Shown one piece after another: positions 49,573-63,137 of a DNA stretch of 64,000 bases. The position numbers were made by a program, and so were the translations under genes. Origin of the DNA: Callorhinchus milii (lineage: Eukaryota); the NCBI RefSeq assembly GCF_018977255.1, contig NW_024704742.1, forward strand, positions 11,844,001 to 11,908,000, written 5' to 3'. The notes under the pieces were generated by a model that saw only the letters and a program-made list of their open reading frames with translations, searched no databases and was not told where the DNA came from. Every line of letters starts with the position of its first letter. The stretch's first letter is position 1.

Positions 49573-51575
49573 ACTCTAGGTGATTGCAAGTCCAAACAGA
49601 CAACTTTCACAGAGAGCCAGCGAAGGCACAATGAGCCAAATGGCTTTCTTCTGTGCTGAAATATTTTGTAATCTGAGTTAAAAATATGTCTGGTGCGCAA
49701 ATACAAAAGGTTGGCACTCTTTCTTATTGGTTTCAGTACATATTTTTCAGTCACTTCTCTTAGATAAACTGTGGTAGATCATTGCTAACATCTATTAATG
49801 GTAACATATTTCAAGTTGTGTGGGTCAGCATATCTGTTTTAGTTTTCCTTACTCTATCTTTATTCTTTACATAACTGTGTAACAGAGATAAGGAATGACA
49901 TCCCTTTGGTTGTACCTGCATATGGTAATGATTCATAGTTTGGTCAACAAGTGCAGGTATCATTGGGTAATTACAGAAATATAAGGTGCTTATGGAGAAA
50001 AAGCTGAATTGTATAGAAAACGTCATTATTGCTGGATGCATTATTGAGGAATTCTGAAGTGTTTTCAGGACAATCTCAAATACATACGGGTATGATAAAC
50101 ACTGCACAAGGGAGCTCACAACAAACAAAACAATGTCACAGGGAATTCTTTGAAGCAATCAGTTCATTAGGGAATAAGCACCTATGTTTTAAGCGATTTA
50201 TGCTTTCCAATAGAAACACATTATTTAAAATTCCTTGCTTTTAGATATGTCCTGTCAGTGCCTAATGAACATATATAGTATATTGTGAATGTGACAGGAT
50301 TCCTATTTTAAAACAAACTGTAATGTCTGACCTTATATTTCGTTCAGTCATCCAGATGATGACTGGATGCGATTCTGATGGAAAGTGCGATGTACTTCCC
50401 AACAGCCCTCCCACACACACACAAATTATATTGTGGTAATTTTTAGTGATCTGAAAATCGCTGACTATTTTTATACCAAGGAAATTGAGATTTAGAAAGC
50501 AAGCAAGAAGGCAGATGAGGCCGATGTTATTCGAGAATGTCAATAAATTCATAATAATTGCAATTGTGGCCATTTCGGACAAGTCTCTTAAGTGTGTGAA
50601 CATTATTGTCAATATGATTACTTAGCAATATGAGGAATTGTTTGCCCTTTTACTTTGGCAATCCATACCAAGCAGTCTGTACTTAATGAACACCAGCACA
50701 TTTTATTGTGGAGTAGGGGACTGAGATCTCATTAAACCACATCTGGATGTTTTAATCTGTCTGAGAGTTGCAATTCTAGTGTACAAAAACTGGAACGTTC
50801 AGTATAACCATTCTAAGAACTGCTTAAACCATGGTGAACAAATAGTTGAGTGTTTTAATCTGTTCGATTAAAATGTAATTGAGATGTAGTAGTTTAGTTT
50901 GACTCTGGAACTTGTGCTTATTCTACGTATATATGAAAAACCATGTTTTAATTATAATAAAATTGCCTGTTCTCGGCTCTGGATTTGTGATAATGACAAG
51001 CCGAGAGTTGGGCGGGCATTCTATTGTACATTGAATTATAAAGACAAAAATTAAAAAGTACGACAAAAAGCAGGCCATTTGACCCAACTAATCTGCGGTG
51101 GTGTTTACAAATTTTTATGATGAGAACATAGGTTACTGAACTCAGTTGGGAAGTTGCATTTCAAATTTATTAAATGAGTCTACGTTCTTTGGGGAAATGC
51201 CTAATATGACCCATTGTGATAATTATCTCATTGAATGACTCATTAAATATTGCAAATTCCATACGTCTGTATGACAGCACAATCATTTCCCTGCATATCC
51301 TTTTAATACACCGTTTACATTGGCTTGTTCCAATGATATAGAAAACACATCCTGTTTGGAGTTAAATTTTTCATCCGAAGAGATGCGATCTTATGTAATA
51401 GATTTGGGCATCTTCTCCTGAACTTTCAATCCATTGAAGTGAAGCTAGGAAAGGGATTCTTGGTACAGGAGAACACTAATCAGCTTGGATTAGAAGCAAA
51501 ACTATCTGGTTGCAGTAGTTGTCTGTACAAGACCCTCCTCTAGGAATGAGCTTGAGGTAGAGAGAAAAATCATGT

Positions 51576-51775
51576 AGGCTGCAAATCTGAAGTAAAGTCC
51601 AGAAATGCTGAAAATGGATTAACGGGTTGATCAGCATTTGAAAGCAAAAGGTAGATTTAACATTTTCTGACCTGGTGAAGCATCACACCTTTTAATAGAT
51701 TAATCTATCATACTATTTCAGGGACTGAACGATCTGCCGTGCATTTCCATTCTTCTTTGTTGTTTTTTTTTTGCC
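51576..51775 (-). mobile_element. Highly decayed PLE-type hairpin (older relative of copies A-D)
   Basis: gctgcaaatctgaagtaaagtccagaaatgctgaaaat...gatcagcatttg on the left loosely mirrors gatctgccgtgcatttccattcttctttgttgtttt on the right; same layout as copy D. Confidence 0.4.
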
Positions 51776-52869
51776 TGTTTCATTCGTTTTACCCGGTTGT
51801 TCAAGAAAACAATGATAACTAATTCCTTCACTTGATAAAGAAGAAAAAAATACACAACTGGTTATTCATTCAAATAAAATTAAACAACCGTGACATGCAG
51901 GAAGTGTGTGTTGCCAAGAAACAGATGCTTTAAATACCTTTCAATTTTCTACTCAGTGGGAGTTAGACAATACATAATTCATAAACATTGATATAATTTC
52001 TTGTGTAATTTCTTTAACATTTGCCATTTGTATAATTTGGTTATCTTGTGTACCATCAGGTGCACTGTTACATTTGCTGAATCCAAAAGATTTCAGAACA
52101 ACAGCCTCTCTCTCTCTTTAAGAATTCCATGAGTTTTATAGCAATTCATTTCCTTACGGCACTCTACTTTTTTTTGCTTAAGAGTCGTTTGAGCAAACGG
52201 GGCAAAGATATTGTAGATTAAATAAAATCTAACTATTTCCTTTGCAATTTACTTGCAATTTATTTTCTGCTTAATTTATTTAAGTGGGTATTTATCCATC
52301 GACCATGCACGATACAATGCCTGGAGGATAATGTGCATTGATTCACTTCATAGTTCTGAAGTTAAAAGAACTCAAGTCGATGCAACTGGGGAAGAACAAT
52401 TCAAAAACTTTCATTTACATAGCAAACTAACATGCTATGTAAATGAAACCACTTCTTTTTCAATTGCAGCTTTTCATGTTTTTCCCTGTTACCGCTATTA
52501 ATGTATACTACTACTAATAATAATTTTACATTTGGTACAGCGCCTTTCACGATGAGGACATCTCAAAGCGATTTGCAGAATATACTGTAAAGTTCTGTGA
52601 CTGTGCACCTGGTGGGCAAACACATAGCAATGTCCCACAAATAACCCTGAAGTGAAGGATCAATTTTATTTAGAGGATTGTTACCAAGGACATCAGGAGA
52701 ACCTCCCTTCTCTTTTCAAATAGTAAGAGGACCATAGGATCTTTAGTAACCTGAGCAGGCAGCACTGTTGTTTGACAGAGGCTTCCTCTATTATTTAGGC
52801 TGCTTCATGGGGACATAATGGTTAGGCTATTTTGCTGTACAGTATAGTACTGGATATTTATAATCCTTC

Positions 52870-53070
52870 CTGGAATGCATTGCCTGAAAGGTGGAAGCAG
52901 ATTCAATAATAACTTTCAAAAAGGAACTGGATATTTCTTGAAAAAAATTACAAGGCTATGGGGAAAGAATGGTGGAGTGGGACTAATTTGATAGCTTTAT
53001 CAATGAGTCGGCACAGGCACAATGGGCCGAATGGTTTCCTTCTTGCTGTAGGATTCTATGATCTATGATA
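52870..53070 (+). mobile_element. CR1 LINE 3' end
   Basis: tggaatgcattgcctgaaaggtggaagcagattcaataataactttcaaaaaggaactggata...ggcacaatgggccgaatggtttccttcttgctgtaggattctatgatctatga. Confidence 0.8.
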
Positions 53071-53189
53071 CTTCAGCATCTTGGGAATTTTTTGAATTAC
53101 AAACAAGAAAAGGAAGATCAATTTTGTTTTTAAAAAAAGTTTTATAAAAATGAAATCTCCGCCCAATCTTGGTTGTGTGTTGTACCATG

Positions 53190-53510
53190 CAATAATAATG
53201 ATGCTTGCGCCTTATCAAATCTGTCAGACGTTCCAAAGCACTTCGCAGAATATATTGTAAAGTGAATTGACTGTATATTTTGTGGGCGAAATGCGGCAGT
53301 CAAAAATTGCAATTGTGAATTGAGTGACCAATTTTTTTTTTGAAGGGATTATTATCCCCGGAAAACAATTTGCCAAGCGACTAACAACTGGGTTCCTACT
53401 TACTGCCAGGTAAACAGAGGCATGTGGAGTAAGGAAACTTGACTAAGGTTTTACCCTGTCTTGAAATTGAACCCAAGTCCTGTTGTTTACAAGACCACTG
53501 CTCTAACTAT
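53190..53510 (-). mobile_element. tRNA-headed SINE, long subfamily
   Basis: gggttcctacttactgccaggtaaacagaggcatgtggagtaaggaaacttg...gaaattgaacccaagtcc...gctctaact. Confidence 0.8.
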
Positions 53511-54194
53511 AAAGCGCCGTTGTCCTTCACCTGACTATCTCAACAGGAAAAAAAAATCAAGTTCAGAATATCTCATCAACGTTTACATGAAGAAATTACT
53601 CTTCAGCTGCTGTCAAAATGATTCTCTGACAGATAATTTTAGAAGCACATTTCCACTAGACAGCAGTTACCAACATTGTGTGATTATAATGGGATTTCCT
53701 CATAAGCACACACTTACAATAGCTTTAATAATCGGTCAGTAGCTTTAATAATCAGCAGAATTTCACTTTAAGCAAAATGTTGTTCTAATACTTCTCACAC
53801 AAAGTAAATGAATAAAGGACATAAGGTTTATTGAATCATAGAAATTGCAGCAGAAAAGGAGATAATTACCATAATCTAGCTGAAGCTCGTCCACTGGAGT
53901 TAGTTTAGTTGTGAAAGTTTGGAGTTGTAAATGGCAATTTCAGGACTGATAGCAGGAAGATTTTCTTTACACAGAGTAATCAACAACTTGAACAAATTGC
54001 CAAGATAGGTGTTAGGCACCAGGACACGAGACTCATTTGATGCAATGATAGTGGAAGATGGGATGAGATTGGAAGAGCCAAAGGACCTTCTTCAACCAGA
54101 CCAATCTTGTAATCTTGTGACTCCAATCCCAATTTCCTACAATTTTTCCCCGTATGCTTTTGTGTTTCTCTTCAAATGTTTACTTTCAAATGTA

Positions 54195-54569
54195 TGTCAG
54201 GCTGGCTTAGTTGGTAGCACTCCTCTTTCAGTCAGAAGATTGTGAGTTTAAACCCCCTCATAGGGACATGGAACTCATATACTCTAGCTGACACTCCAGT
54301 GCTGTGATTCAGATACATTGTTGGAGGTGCCATCCATTGAATGAGGTGAGGTCCCGTCTGCCTATTTAGATGATGTTAAAGATTTCAAGGCACTATTAGC
54401 AAAGAGAAAGGAGTCCTGGCCAACAACCCCTCAAAGAAAAATGATCATTAATTTCAAGGCTGTTTGTGAGAAATTGCTCTTTGCAAATTGGCTGCCGGTT
54501 TACCTATAAATAAACAGCAACTTCATTTTACGGTAAATCCTTTGAGGTACTTTCAGATCCCAACATGAA
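54195..54569 (+). mobile_element. SacSINE1/Deu-type SINE
   Basis: ggctggcttagttggtagcactcctct...gctgacactccagtgc...ggaggtgccatcc...gtcccgtctgcc...gctgtttgtgagaaattgct...aattggctgcc. Confidence 0.8.
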
Positions 54570-56582
54570 ACAACAACAACAAAAAGATTGCATCTATAGA
54601 GCGCCTTTCATGTCGGGAGGACGTCCCAAGGCGCTGGACAGTTGGGTCGGGACCCGAGCAGGGGGGAAATGGTCAGGGTGAAGGGAAGGAAGGGAGGGAG
54701 CGAGTATGGGGTAGAGAGTTGAGAGAGGAGAGGGGAGTTGAAGGCACGGTTGAAGAGAAAGGTCTTGAGACCGGCCTTGAAGGAGGAAAGGGAGGAGGCA
54801 AGGCGAAGGCACTGGGAGGTGGAGTTCCAGAATCTAGGGGCTGAGAGGCTGAAAGCTCGGCCACTGATGTTAGGGCGGGGGATGTGGAGCAGACCGAAGC
54901 CAGAGGAACAGAGGGTAAGGGCAGGTAAGTAGGGGGATAGTAGGTCGGAGAGGTAGAAGGGTGCAAGACCGTGAATGGCCTTGTAGGTGAGGATGAGGAT
55001 CTTGAATTCGATCCTCTGGGTGACGGGGAGCCAGTGGAGGCAAGCGAGGATGGGAGTGATGTGGTCGCGTAGTCTGTTGCGGGACAGTACACGAGCTGCA
55101 GAGTTCTGAATGACCTGCAGCTTGTGGAGGGAGGTGCCGGGAAGGTCGACGAGGAGAGAGTTCCCATAGTCCAGCCTTGAGGTGATAAAGGCGTGGACCA
55201 GAGTTTCAGCAGCGTGGGGGGTGAGGTAATGCCATAGTCTGGCGATGTTTTGGAGGTGATGGAAGGCGGTGCCAGTTGTGGCGCGGATGTGGGGAAGAAA
55301 GGACAGCTCAGGGTCGAACAGAACACCGAGGTTCCTGACTGGCTTTGAGAGGTGGAGAGTGCAGCCTTGGATGCTGATGCTGTCAGCGCCTGAGGTGTGG
55401 AGATGCTGACGTGAGCCAATCAGGAGGGCCTCAGTTTTGCGCACATTGAGCTGAAGAAAGTTACCTCTCATCCAGGACTCGATGTCAGACAGGCAGGCTG
55501 TCAGGTCATCGGTGGTCGTGGAGGTGAGCGTAGAAGAGGAAAGGTAGAGTTGGGTGTCATCTGCATACGTGTGGAAGTTAACCCCATGTCTTCGGATGAT
55601 GTCACCAAGGTGAAGAGGAGGGAACCGAGGAAAGCGCCCTGAGGGACACCGCATGAGACAGTGTGGGGGCCGGAGGAAAAGCCGTTTGCAGAGACAAAAT
55701 GAAGATGGTGGGAGAGGTAGGACCTAAACCACTCAAGAACAGGGCCTTGAAGGTTGAGGTGGGAGGACAAGTGGAGGAGGATAGAGTGGTTGACCATATT
55801 GAATGCAGCCGAGAGGACGAGGACGCAGAGGGAGCCCTGGTCGCAGATGGTCAAGATGTCATTAGTGACCTTGACCAGGGTGGTTTCTGTGCTATGGGCA
55901 GCACAGAAACCCGACTGAAGGGATTCGAAAAGTGAGTGCTTGGAGAGCAAGGAGCGCAGTTGGGAGGCGATGACTCTTTCGAGATCCTTGGACGGGAAGG
56001 GGAGCTTGGAGATGGGCCATTAGCTTGATAGCTGCAATGGTGGCAGTTTTGAGGGGAATGGGAACAGAGCCAGAGGAGAGGGAAAGGTTAATGGTGTCTT
56101 TGAGAAGTGGGGCAAGGAGGTGGAGCTGGGAGATAAGGAGTGGAGTGGGGATGGGGTCCAGGAAGCAGGTGGTAGGTTTCAAGGAGGGGGAAAGAGTGTC
56201 GAGTGTGGAGGGGAGGGTGTTGTGGAGGAGGGTGAGAGCAGAAGAGGGCTCAGTGAGGGTTGAAGGCCAGAGGGAAAGGAGTTCAAAGGACTCCAAGGCA
56301 GCGGTTAGGGATTGTGGGGGTAACTTCTTCCAGGGGCGGTAGAAGATGGTGGTGGGTCTGGTGGAGGTAGGGAGGGCGGTGGACGTGGTGAAGGAGATGA
56401 AGTGGTGATCGGAGATGGCCTTATCGGTAATGGTGACATCCGAGACACTGAGGCCCCGGGTGATCACCAAATCGAGTGGGTGGCCATCAATGTGAGTGGC
56501 GGATTTGACGTGGAGGGAGAGGTTGAGCGAGGAGAGGAGGGAGGATAAGTCCGAGGAGATGGAGCAGGAGGGGATGAAGTGC
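54570..56582 (-). mobile_element. L2 LINE, same young family as 13266-16016, 5'-truncated with internal deletions
   Basis: ORFs 54608-55654 (FHTYADDTQLY...SRLDYGNSLL...), 55501-55950 and 55892-56584 (GHPLDLVIT, ISDHHFI). Lacks the ~470 bp corresponding to ~13871-14340. (ttg)n tail. Confidence 0.95.
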
Positions 56583-56894
56583 ACTAAAGTTTTGCTGCAT
56601 ATTCAAATAATAATTATAATAATAATAACAATGTAGCTAAATATATCCATTTGATATTGATGTAAAAAACAACTGGTTTGAGCATCAACCAGCAAAAGTG
56701 ACATCAGAAAATAATATCACAATACTCTGAGATTCATAAATACATACAGCTAGAACAATAATCTGTAACAAACCAGATATTATCATAAAAGCACAACTAA
56801 ATTGTACATGTATTATTGATGTGACTATCTCAAGTGATTACAACTTAAGGAATAAGGAACTAAAGAAGATGAGGAAATATATTAATCTACAAAT

Positions 56895-57270
56895 TGAATC
56901 CAGACACATCTTCATCCACCTCTTCCTCACCTCCAGATTTAATTTCTATAATATCCTGCTCATCGCCCTTCCCACCTCAAACCTTCACAGGCTACAGAAT
57001 ATCCAAAGCTCCTTTCCTGTACCAATCTCGGAGAGGCTATCATCTTCACTCTTATCGGGCTCCTCAGGCTCCCTATTCCCCAGTGGATTGACTTTAATTC
57101 TTCGTTCTAAACTTAAAATGCCTTCACACCTTGCCCAACCCTACCTCTGTGATCACTTGTGGTCCTAATCACCTGCCAACTTTCTCTACTCTATTAACTT
57201 TGACCTCCACTTAAACCCTTCACCCCCTCAGCCTCTTGCTCCACTCTCTGGAACTTTATCCTTCAATTCA
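56895..57270 (+). mobile_element. Old L2 3' fragment
   Basis: IFIHLFLTSRFNFYNILLIALPTSNLHRLQNIQ is a decayed form of LIHAFITSRLDYCNSLL..LP...LH.LQ.IQN. Confidence 0.7.
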
Positions 57271-58599
57271 CCCCCAAATAAAACTGGCCATTCACTTCAT
57301 GGCTGTTTGTGGAACATTGTAGTGCACAAATTGGGGCTGCCGCATTCGCACACAAAACAACAGTCACCACACTTTCCGAAGTCTGGGCCTCTTCACATTT
57401 GGCATTGAATGTCAATAAAGTCTTTTATTTTAATGAAGCTGAGGAAAGTGCTCAGGTTTTCTTTGTCTATTTGTAAGAAAAATGTATACTTTTGAACATT
57501 CTAATTTTTTTCAACAGCTGGTGGGTGCACGCTGATGACATTTGGAGTGCCAAAACAAAGGCACTGACCTTAAAAAAAAACTGTCCATACAGCAAAGTAC
57601 TCAAAGGAGAGTGTCCAATATTTACATATAAAATATTACCCTGTCAGCCTTTCATCAGCATGAGGTACACTTTCCAGTAATGCCCCACATTCATTTTCAT
57701 AATATGAGAGATTAAGTTCTGAGATCATTGGATTTGTATAATAAATGAGTCACCATCTGTATCAGAATGGATAGTGCTTTGTGTTTGGTAATCAGTATAA
57801 AACTCTTTCTGTGATTAGTTGAATCTAATCTTACATCTTGGTATGAAAACCACGCTTTAAGATAATCCATCAGATGGGTTAAAATACACCCAACAGTGAA
57901 AATCAGTATAGATGAATCAATTTTATTCCATTCTGTTTTTGCGTACTGAATTATAGTAATCAGGAAAGTCAGATCAAGCATGAACTAATTTTACAAACCA
58001 AGCCTTTTGCTGCTTTTTTAAAGTGCCACATTGTATGTTGTGGCCTGAATCCCAAATAATTCAAGGCACAGTTTCCCCTCCCCCACCCTTTTCCTTTTTA
58101 TTGTGAAGAGGCGACTCTTGTTTCGGTTTAGATCTTGTAATGGTGGCATTCCTTTGGTACCTTGTTCAAATGGAACAAGGTCATGTGTGAGCCTAGTCAA
58201 CGAGTGATCAAGGCTGTAATAGTGTCCACAGGTTGTAATAACTGAGTCTCCACAGGCTGTAATAAGTATAGAGTGATCCCAATTATAATATTGCCATCTG
58301 TGTCCAATATCTCAAAGTGATGTACAAAAAATGACCAACTTCCAAGTTGAGGGGTCTGATATTAACTGTGTTTCCTGACAGTAAGTTGGACTTCCTGCAC
58401 ATGATGTATTATCAGACATATCTTGTGTATAGTGCACATGCACACAATACGCAGGAAATAACTTCAGTGGTGATCTGCGATCCAAAAGACAGCCATTTAT
58501 AGAACAAGAAACTAACTAGTTTTTACTGGTCCACAGGGCACCAGTGCTATAAGGGAAACCACTTTCAGTGTGATGTTCCATAATACTTTATAAGGGTTA

Positions 58600-58990
58600 T
58601 TAATAACATGTCTTCCATTTGCTATAGTGCCATTCACATTGGGAGGACATCTCAAATCACTTCATAGGATTTAACTGTAAAGTGGAGCGAGTGTGTGTTT
58701 GTGGGTGAATGTGGCAACCAATTTGTGCACACTATTGTCCTACAAACAATTATGAAACAAATGATCAATTTTATTTGGGGGATTGTTGCCCAAGACTGTG
58801 GGAGATACCTTCTTCTATTTTTGAATAGTTCTATGGGATCTTTAATGTCCACCTAAAATGGCAGGCATACCCCAGCACTGCATAGGAGTGTCAGCCCAAG
58901 CTATGTGAGTTCAAGTCCTTAGATGGCTCACAACTTTCTGATTCAGAAGAGAGTGCTACCAACTGAGCCAAGCTAACATACTGAGCCAGT
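58600..58990 (-). mobile_element. SacSINE1/Deu-type SINE
   Basis: atgggatctttaatgtccacct...cagcactgcataggagtgtcagcc...gagagtgctaccaactgagccaagct. Confidence 0.75.
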
Positions 58991-59032
58991 TTGCCTTGTA
59001 TCTCAGCTTAATCCATTCCTGTCTTTACAATA

Positions 59033-59300
59033 TTATAATAAAAATAATAATAAACCTTGCATTTGATATGGCACCTTATGTCTTCGAGAAGTCTCAAAGG
59101 GTTTTTTTGCACAGCAATGTCCCACAAACAGTCGTAGATTGAAAATGACCAATTTTATTATTGTTTTTGGTTTTGGAGGGATTATTATTAAGATCTGTGT
59201 GGAGTAAGGAAACTTGCCCAAGGTTTCGCCCTCTGCTTGGAATTGAACTCAGGTCTCTCGCTTGCAAAGCGAGTGCTCTAACCACTGAGCTACAGGACTC
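59033..59300 (-). mobile_element. tRNA-Ala-headed SINE, short subfamily, internal deletion
   Basis: Head nearly identical to 9541 (reverse ggaattgaactcaggtctctcgcttgcaaagcgagtgctctaaccactgagctacaggactc); part of the core-to-tail spacer is missing. Confidence 0.85.
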
Positions 59301-59583
59301 CCCTGTAAGGATTGTAAGGATTAGGAGAGTAAAGGCATTTTGAGATTTGTAATGTCTTTTATATAATAATAATAATAAGAGTTATTATTAATCTCTTTTA
59401 TATTACACAGTCTGCTGCACTATGAGACATGTTCAAGTGGTGAGGCTGAGACATGCACATTATCGCCAGCTTTTACAGTTCAGAAATCCTCGCCAAGCTC
59501 CACTTGCTTCCTCACTCCAAACAGATTGAATTTAAGGTATTCACTCTCAAGTATAAATCCCTTCATGACCTAACACCCCCCTA

Positions 59584-59940
59584 TAATAATAATAATCCTT
59601 GCATTTTATATATTGCCTTATCACGTATCAAGACTTCTCAAAGTGCTTCACAAAATATACTATAAAGTGTAGTGACTGCGTATTTTGTAGGTGAAATGCG
59701 GCAGTCAATTACACAAAACAGTGTCCCACAAACAGTGGTGGATTCAGTGACCAATTTATTATTATTTTTTTGGGGGGAAGAAATTATTACCCCCGGAAAA
59801 GCAATCTAACAACCAAGTCCGTACTTGCTGCTAGGTAAACTGAGATGTGTGGAGTAGGGAAACATTTTGCCCTCCTAGGAATCGAACCCATGTCTCTCGC
59901 TTGGGAGGCGAGTGCTCTAACCACTGAACTACAGGACTCC
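59584..59940 (-). mobile_element. tRNA-headed SINE, long subfamily, inserted in an old L2 fragment (59480-60130)
   Basis: Left flank LAKLHLLPHSKQIEFKVFTLKYKSLHDLTPPY (L2); the right flank resumes with cctatctctctgaatttctc. Confidence 0.8.
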
Positions 59941-62218
59941 TCTGAGCTTGAGGACTCCTATCTCTCTGAATTTCTCATGCCCCATTAATCTGCCACCCCC
60001 TGTTCTCAGCCAACACATACCTTTTCAATCCGACTTTAAAACCTACTTATGCTCACAAACCCCTCCCTCTTCCTCCGAGCATAGCATCCAACTATGAAGC
60101 ACTCCTACAAGTTATCCCACGAGCTTGTTGTTGCAATCATGAAAACTCTGGCTGTTTCTATTTTTCAATATGAGCTCTGTTGAACTCAATGTCTTGCTTT
60201 TGTGAATATTTACTGGGTGAATGACCTTGTTTGTCCATGTTTACATACAAGTCTGTGGTTGGAGAGGTGTATGATATAATTTCTTCCTGTTGGTAGTGGG
60301 ACTAGAGCAAAAAGTAAAAAGAGTAAAAAGTTTACGCTCGAAGAGTGCTTCATTTACCATAACCCTTTGAAGGCTGCAATCTGAAGAAAAAATGATTCAG
60401 AGGTGTGTATAAATTTCAAGTGAGATTAAAAAAGTAAATCCAGAACAATGCACCAAGACAGTACAACAGTGGATATAGTTTGAGTGTTTATAGGGCATTT
60501 CAGGACAGATACTGGAAAGGTATATTTAGCCAGAGGATAATGAAGGACAAGAACAGGTTGCCAGGAAAGCGAGTGGAGGCCAGGACACTTGACTCACTTA
60601 AGAAACAGCTAGTGATATTGATGGGAGGACAAAATAAAGGATGAGATAAAATTCATCCAAACTGATCTTGTGATCGTTTCTGCACGTATTCTGGCTAGTG
60701 TTTCTGATTGTCTGATGGGAATCCACTGAGGCCTCTTTCTAAGGATCTTTTTGTTTTTTATTTGATGTCACTGTCATATCTTAGCTTGGTGGAATTACAC
60801 TGGAGGGAAGAACATCCATCCGCATTATTGGCGACTGCGTTTCGCCCACAAAATATACAGACAATTCACTTTACAATATATTCTGTGAAGAGTTTTGAGA
60901 TGTCTCAATTATGTGATAAGGCACTATATCAATTGTAAGGACTATTATTTTCCAACTGTAAAAAAAATAAGAAACAAGTGATTTCACCATATGCCTTGAC
61001 ATAGTGCTTATGGACCCATGTCAGAAGACTATATGCTAAATTGTTAAAGGATGTTGTGGTGCTGGAAATGTAATTCTGACAGAATTGTCCTAATTACTTT
61101 ATCTGCTCCTGTTGATGCTTGTATAGATTTTGGCATGTACGTTGTTATCAATATCATTTTATAGATGAGTTCCTTCTAATGACCCAAGGATCTAATACCT
61201 CTCTCACAAATGAACCTCTGGAGACTCCACTTTCTGCTAAAGTGGAAAGTGAAACTTATACTATCGCCATTCGTAATAGCAAAGGAGTAATGCTTAAGAC
61301 CACAGAGACATACTCATTGATGTTTGCTCCCCTTGCAACTAGATCTATTTAGGTCCCAATTCAGTTTCACTCCAATGAATTTGGCCCAGGGCCAGAAGCT
61401 GAACAGATGTAAGTGGCAAAAACATTGGAAATACTATAATATTATTAATTTATTTTTGTTGGGAGATAACGGTCTTCAACATCATGAATATTAATCTTGT
61501 ATTGAATACATACAATGGGAGGGAAATATTTAACAGAACCAAGATTAATTTTGGTAACATTTAGGAATATTAAACAGAGATCACGTAAGGGTTTTTATAA
61601 ATGTGTACCATAGTCTCATGGGTATTCAAAAATGTGTACATCCTAAATGATCATGTGTAGCATGGACCAATGAGTTGACATGTTTCATTTTGCTCCAACT
61701 ATTTTAGAAAACTATTCATATCACTTGCAAAGTTTACTGCCTACACGTTGGTGAAAGAAAATGTTCTTCTTAGAGTAACAACGTGTTACAGAAGGGCATG
61801 GATTTGGGGAAGTAGGCAACTAAGCAGGTTTTAATCATTAAAACATATTTTTAGTTACTGGGACTTTGCCCTGTATTTAACATTAAAAAATTATAATTTG
61901 GGGGGATGATTTTTCTCTATTTATCAATATCGTGGTTAGTGCATCATGAGCAATACAATGCTCCAGTGAACTGCATAACGTGCACTACATACTTCATGAT
62001 ATATGTTTCTTAACAATGGCTCTACTCTACAGCAATGGGCCCAAATCCCTGACTGTTCAGCACCTTGGGATATCCTAATGGCGTGAAAGGCGCTATACAA
62101 ATGTAATTTTGTATTGTACATGGGAAGTCTAGGAGTATTTTTTCAAATGCTAATGCTGACTGTCACTAATCTGCATTTGCTGCCTAGCAATTGTTGCATT
62201 AACCCCCAGCTAAATTTT

Positions 62219-62588
62219 GAGTTCTGTAGCTCAGTGGTTAGAGCATTCGTTTCCCAAGTGAGAGGACCTGGGTTTGATTCCCAGCAGGGTGAAACGTTGG
62301 GCAAATTTCCTTACCTCACACGCCCCTGTTTACCAGTAAATAGGAGTAAATAGCAGTAAATAGGAACCCGGTTGTTAGTTGATTGTCGAATCGCTTTTCC
62401 CTTACGAAAATAATAATAATAATTTGATCACTCAATCCACGACTGTTTGTGGGACACTGCTGTGCGCAATTGGTTGCCGCGTTTCGCCCACAAAAATGTA
62501 CAGTCAATTTACTTGACAGTATATTCTGTGAAGCGCTTTGAGGCGTCACGAAGATAAGGCGCTATATCAAATGAAAAGATTATTCTTA
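62219..62588 (+). mobile_element. tRNA-headed SINE, long subfamily, full length
   Basis: gagttctgtagctcagtggttagagcattcg...gggtttgattcccagcagg...ataaggcgctatatcaaatg; internal tandem duplication of agtaaatag. Confidence 0.9.
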
Positions 62589-63137
62589 CTAACATGGTGA
62601 TGGCATCTAAAAACCATTCAAGCGGGATGACCACTGATTGGCAACCAATTAAAGCTGTTATGATGTAAACAGCATTAACCCTAGCAAGTCTCCCGTGTAT
62701 GTTATGAGACTCCGGCTTAGACTTCTGATCTCATCATAGCTGAACTCTCATGATTCTACGAGCATTCACTGAAGAAAATATTATTTACATGTCATGTGAT
62801 TCTTGGTGACCATGTTGCGTTTTGTCTTTAGACAGCGTTGTGTGGTATAAAATCTCAACAACAAGTACATTTAATTGGCACTATCTCCCACTGTTACGAA
62901 TTAAACAGCTCCATGGGATTGATAGACAGAAGTCTAATATGTAACGTTACTTTGTTCTGTAGGGAATTTCCAATATAATCAACGTCCCTCATTCCCTCCC
63001 AACGTGCTCACAGGCTATTATGGTCAACTCTGGCTTCTTTGGGTGTTGTGAGTTCCTTCTGGAATGGGAAACACCTCAAGTTCACTGTTACTGCCTTTGG
63101 TCAAAGACCATTTTATACACAAATTCAACGTATAAGT

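Noticed and set aside
57518..57680. ORF with good acceptor (tttttttcaacag) reading WWVHADDIWSAKTK...
   Set aside because: No convincing donor and no recognisable protein.
58211..58265. Three short repeats of caggctgtaata
   Set aside because: Small local slippage duplication with no further structure.
61164..61408. Possible plus-strand exon ending at gtaagt
   Set aside because: The long version has stops in all frames, the short version has a weak acceptor, and the peptide is not recognised.
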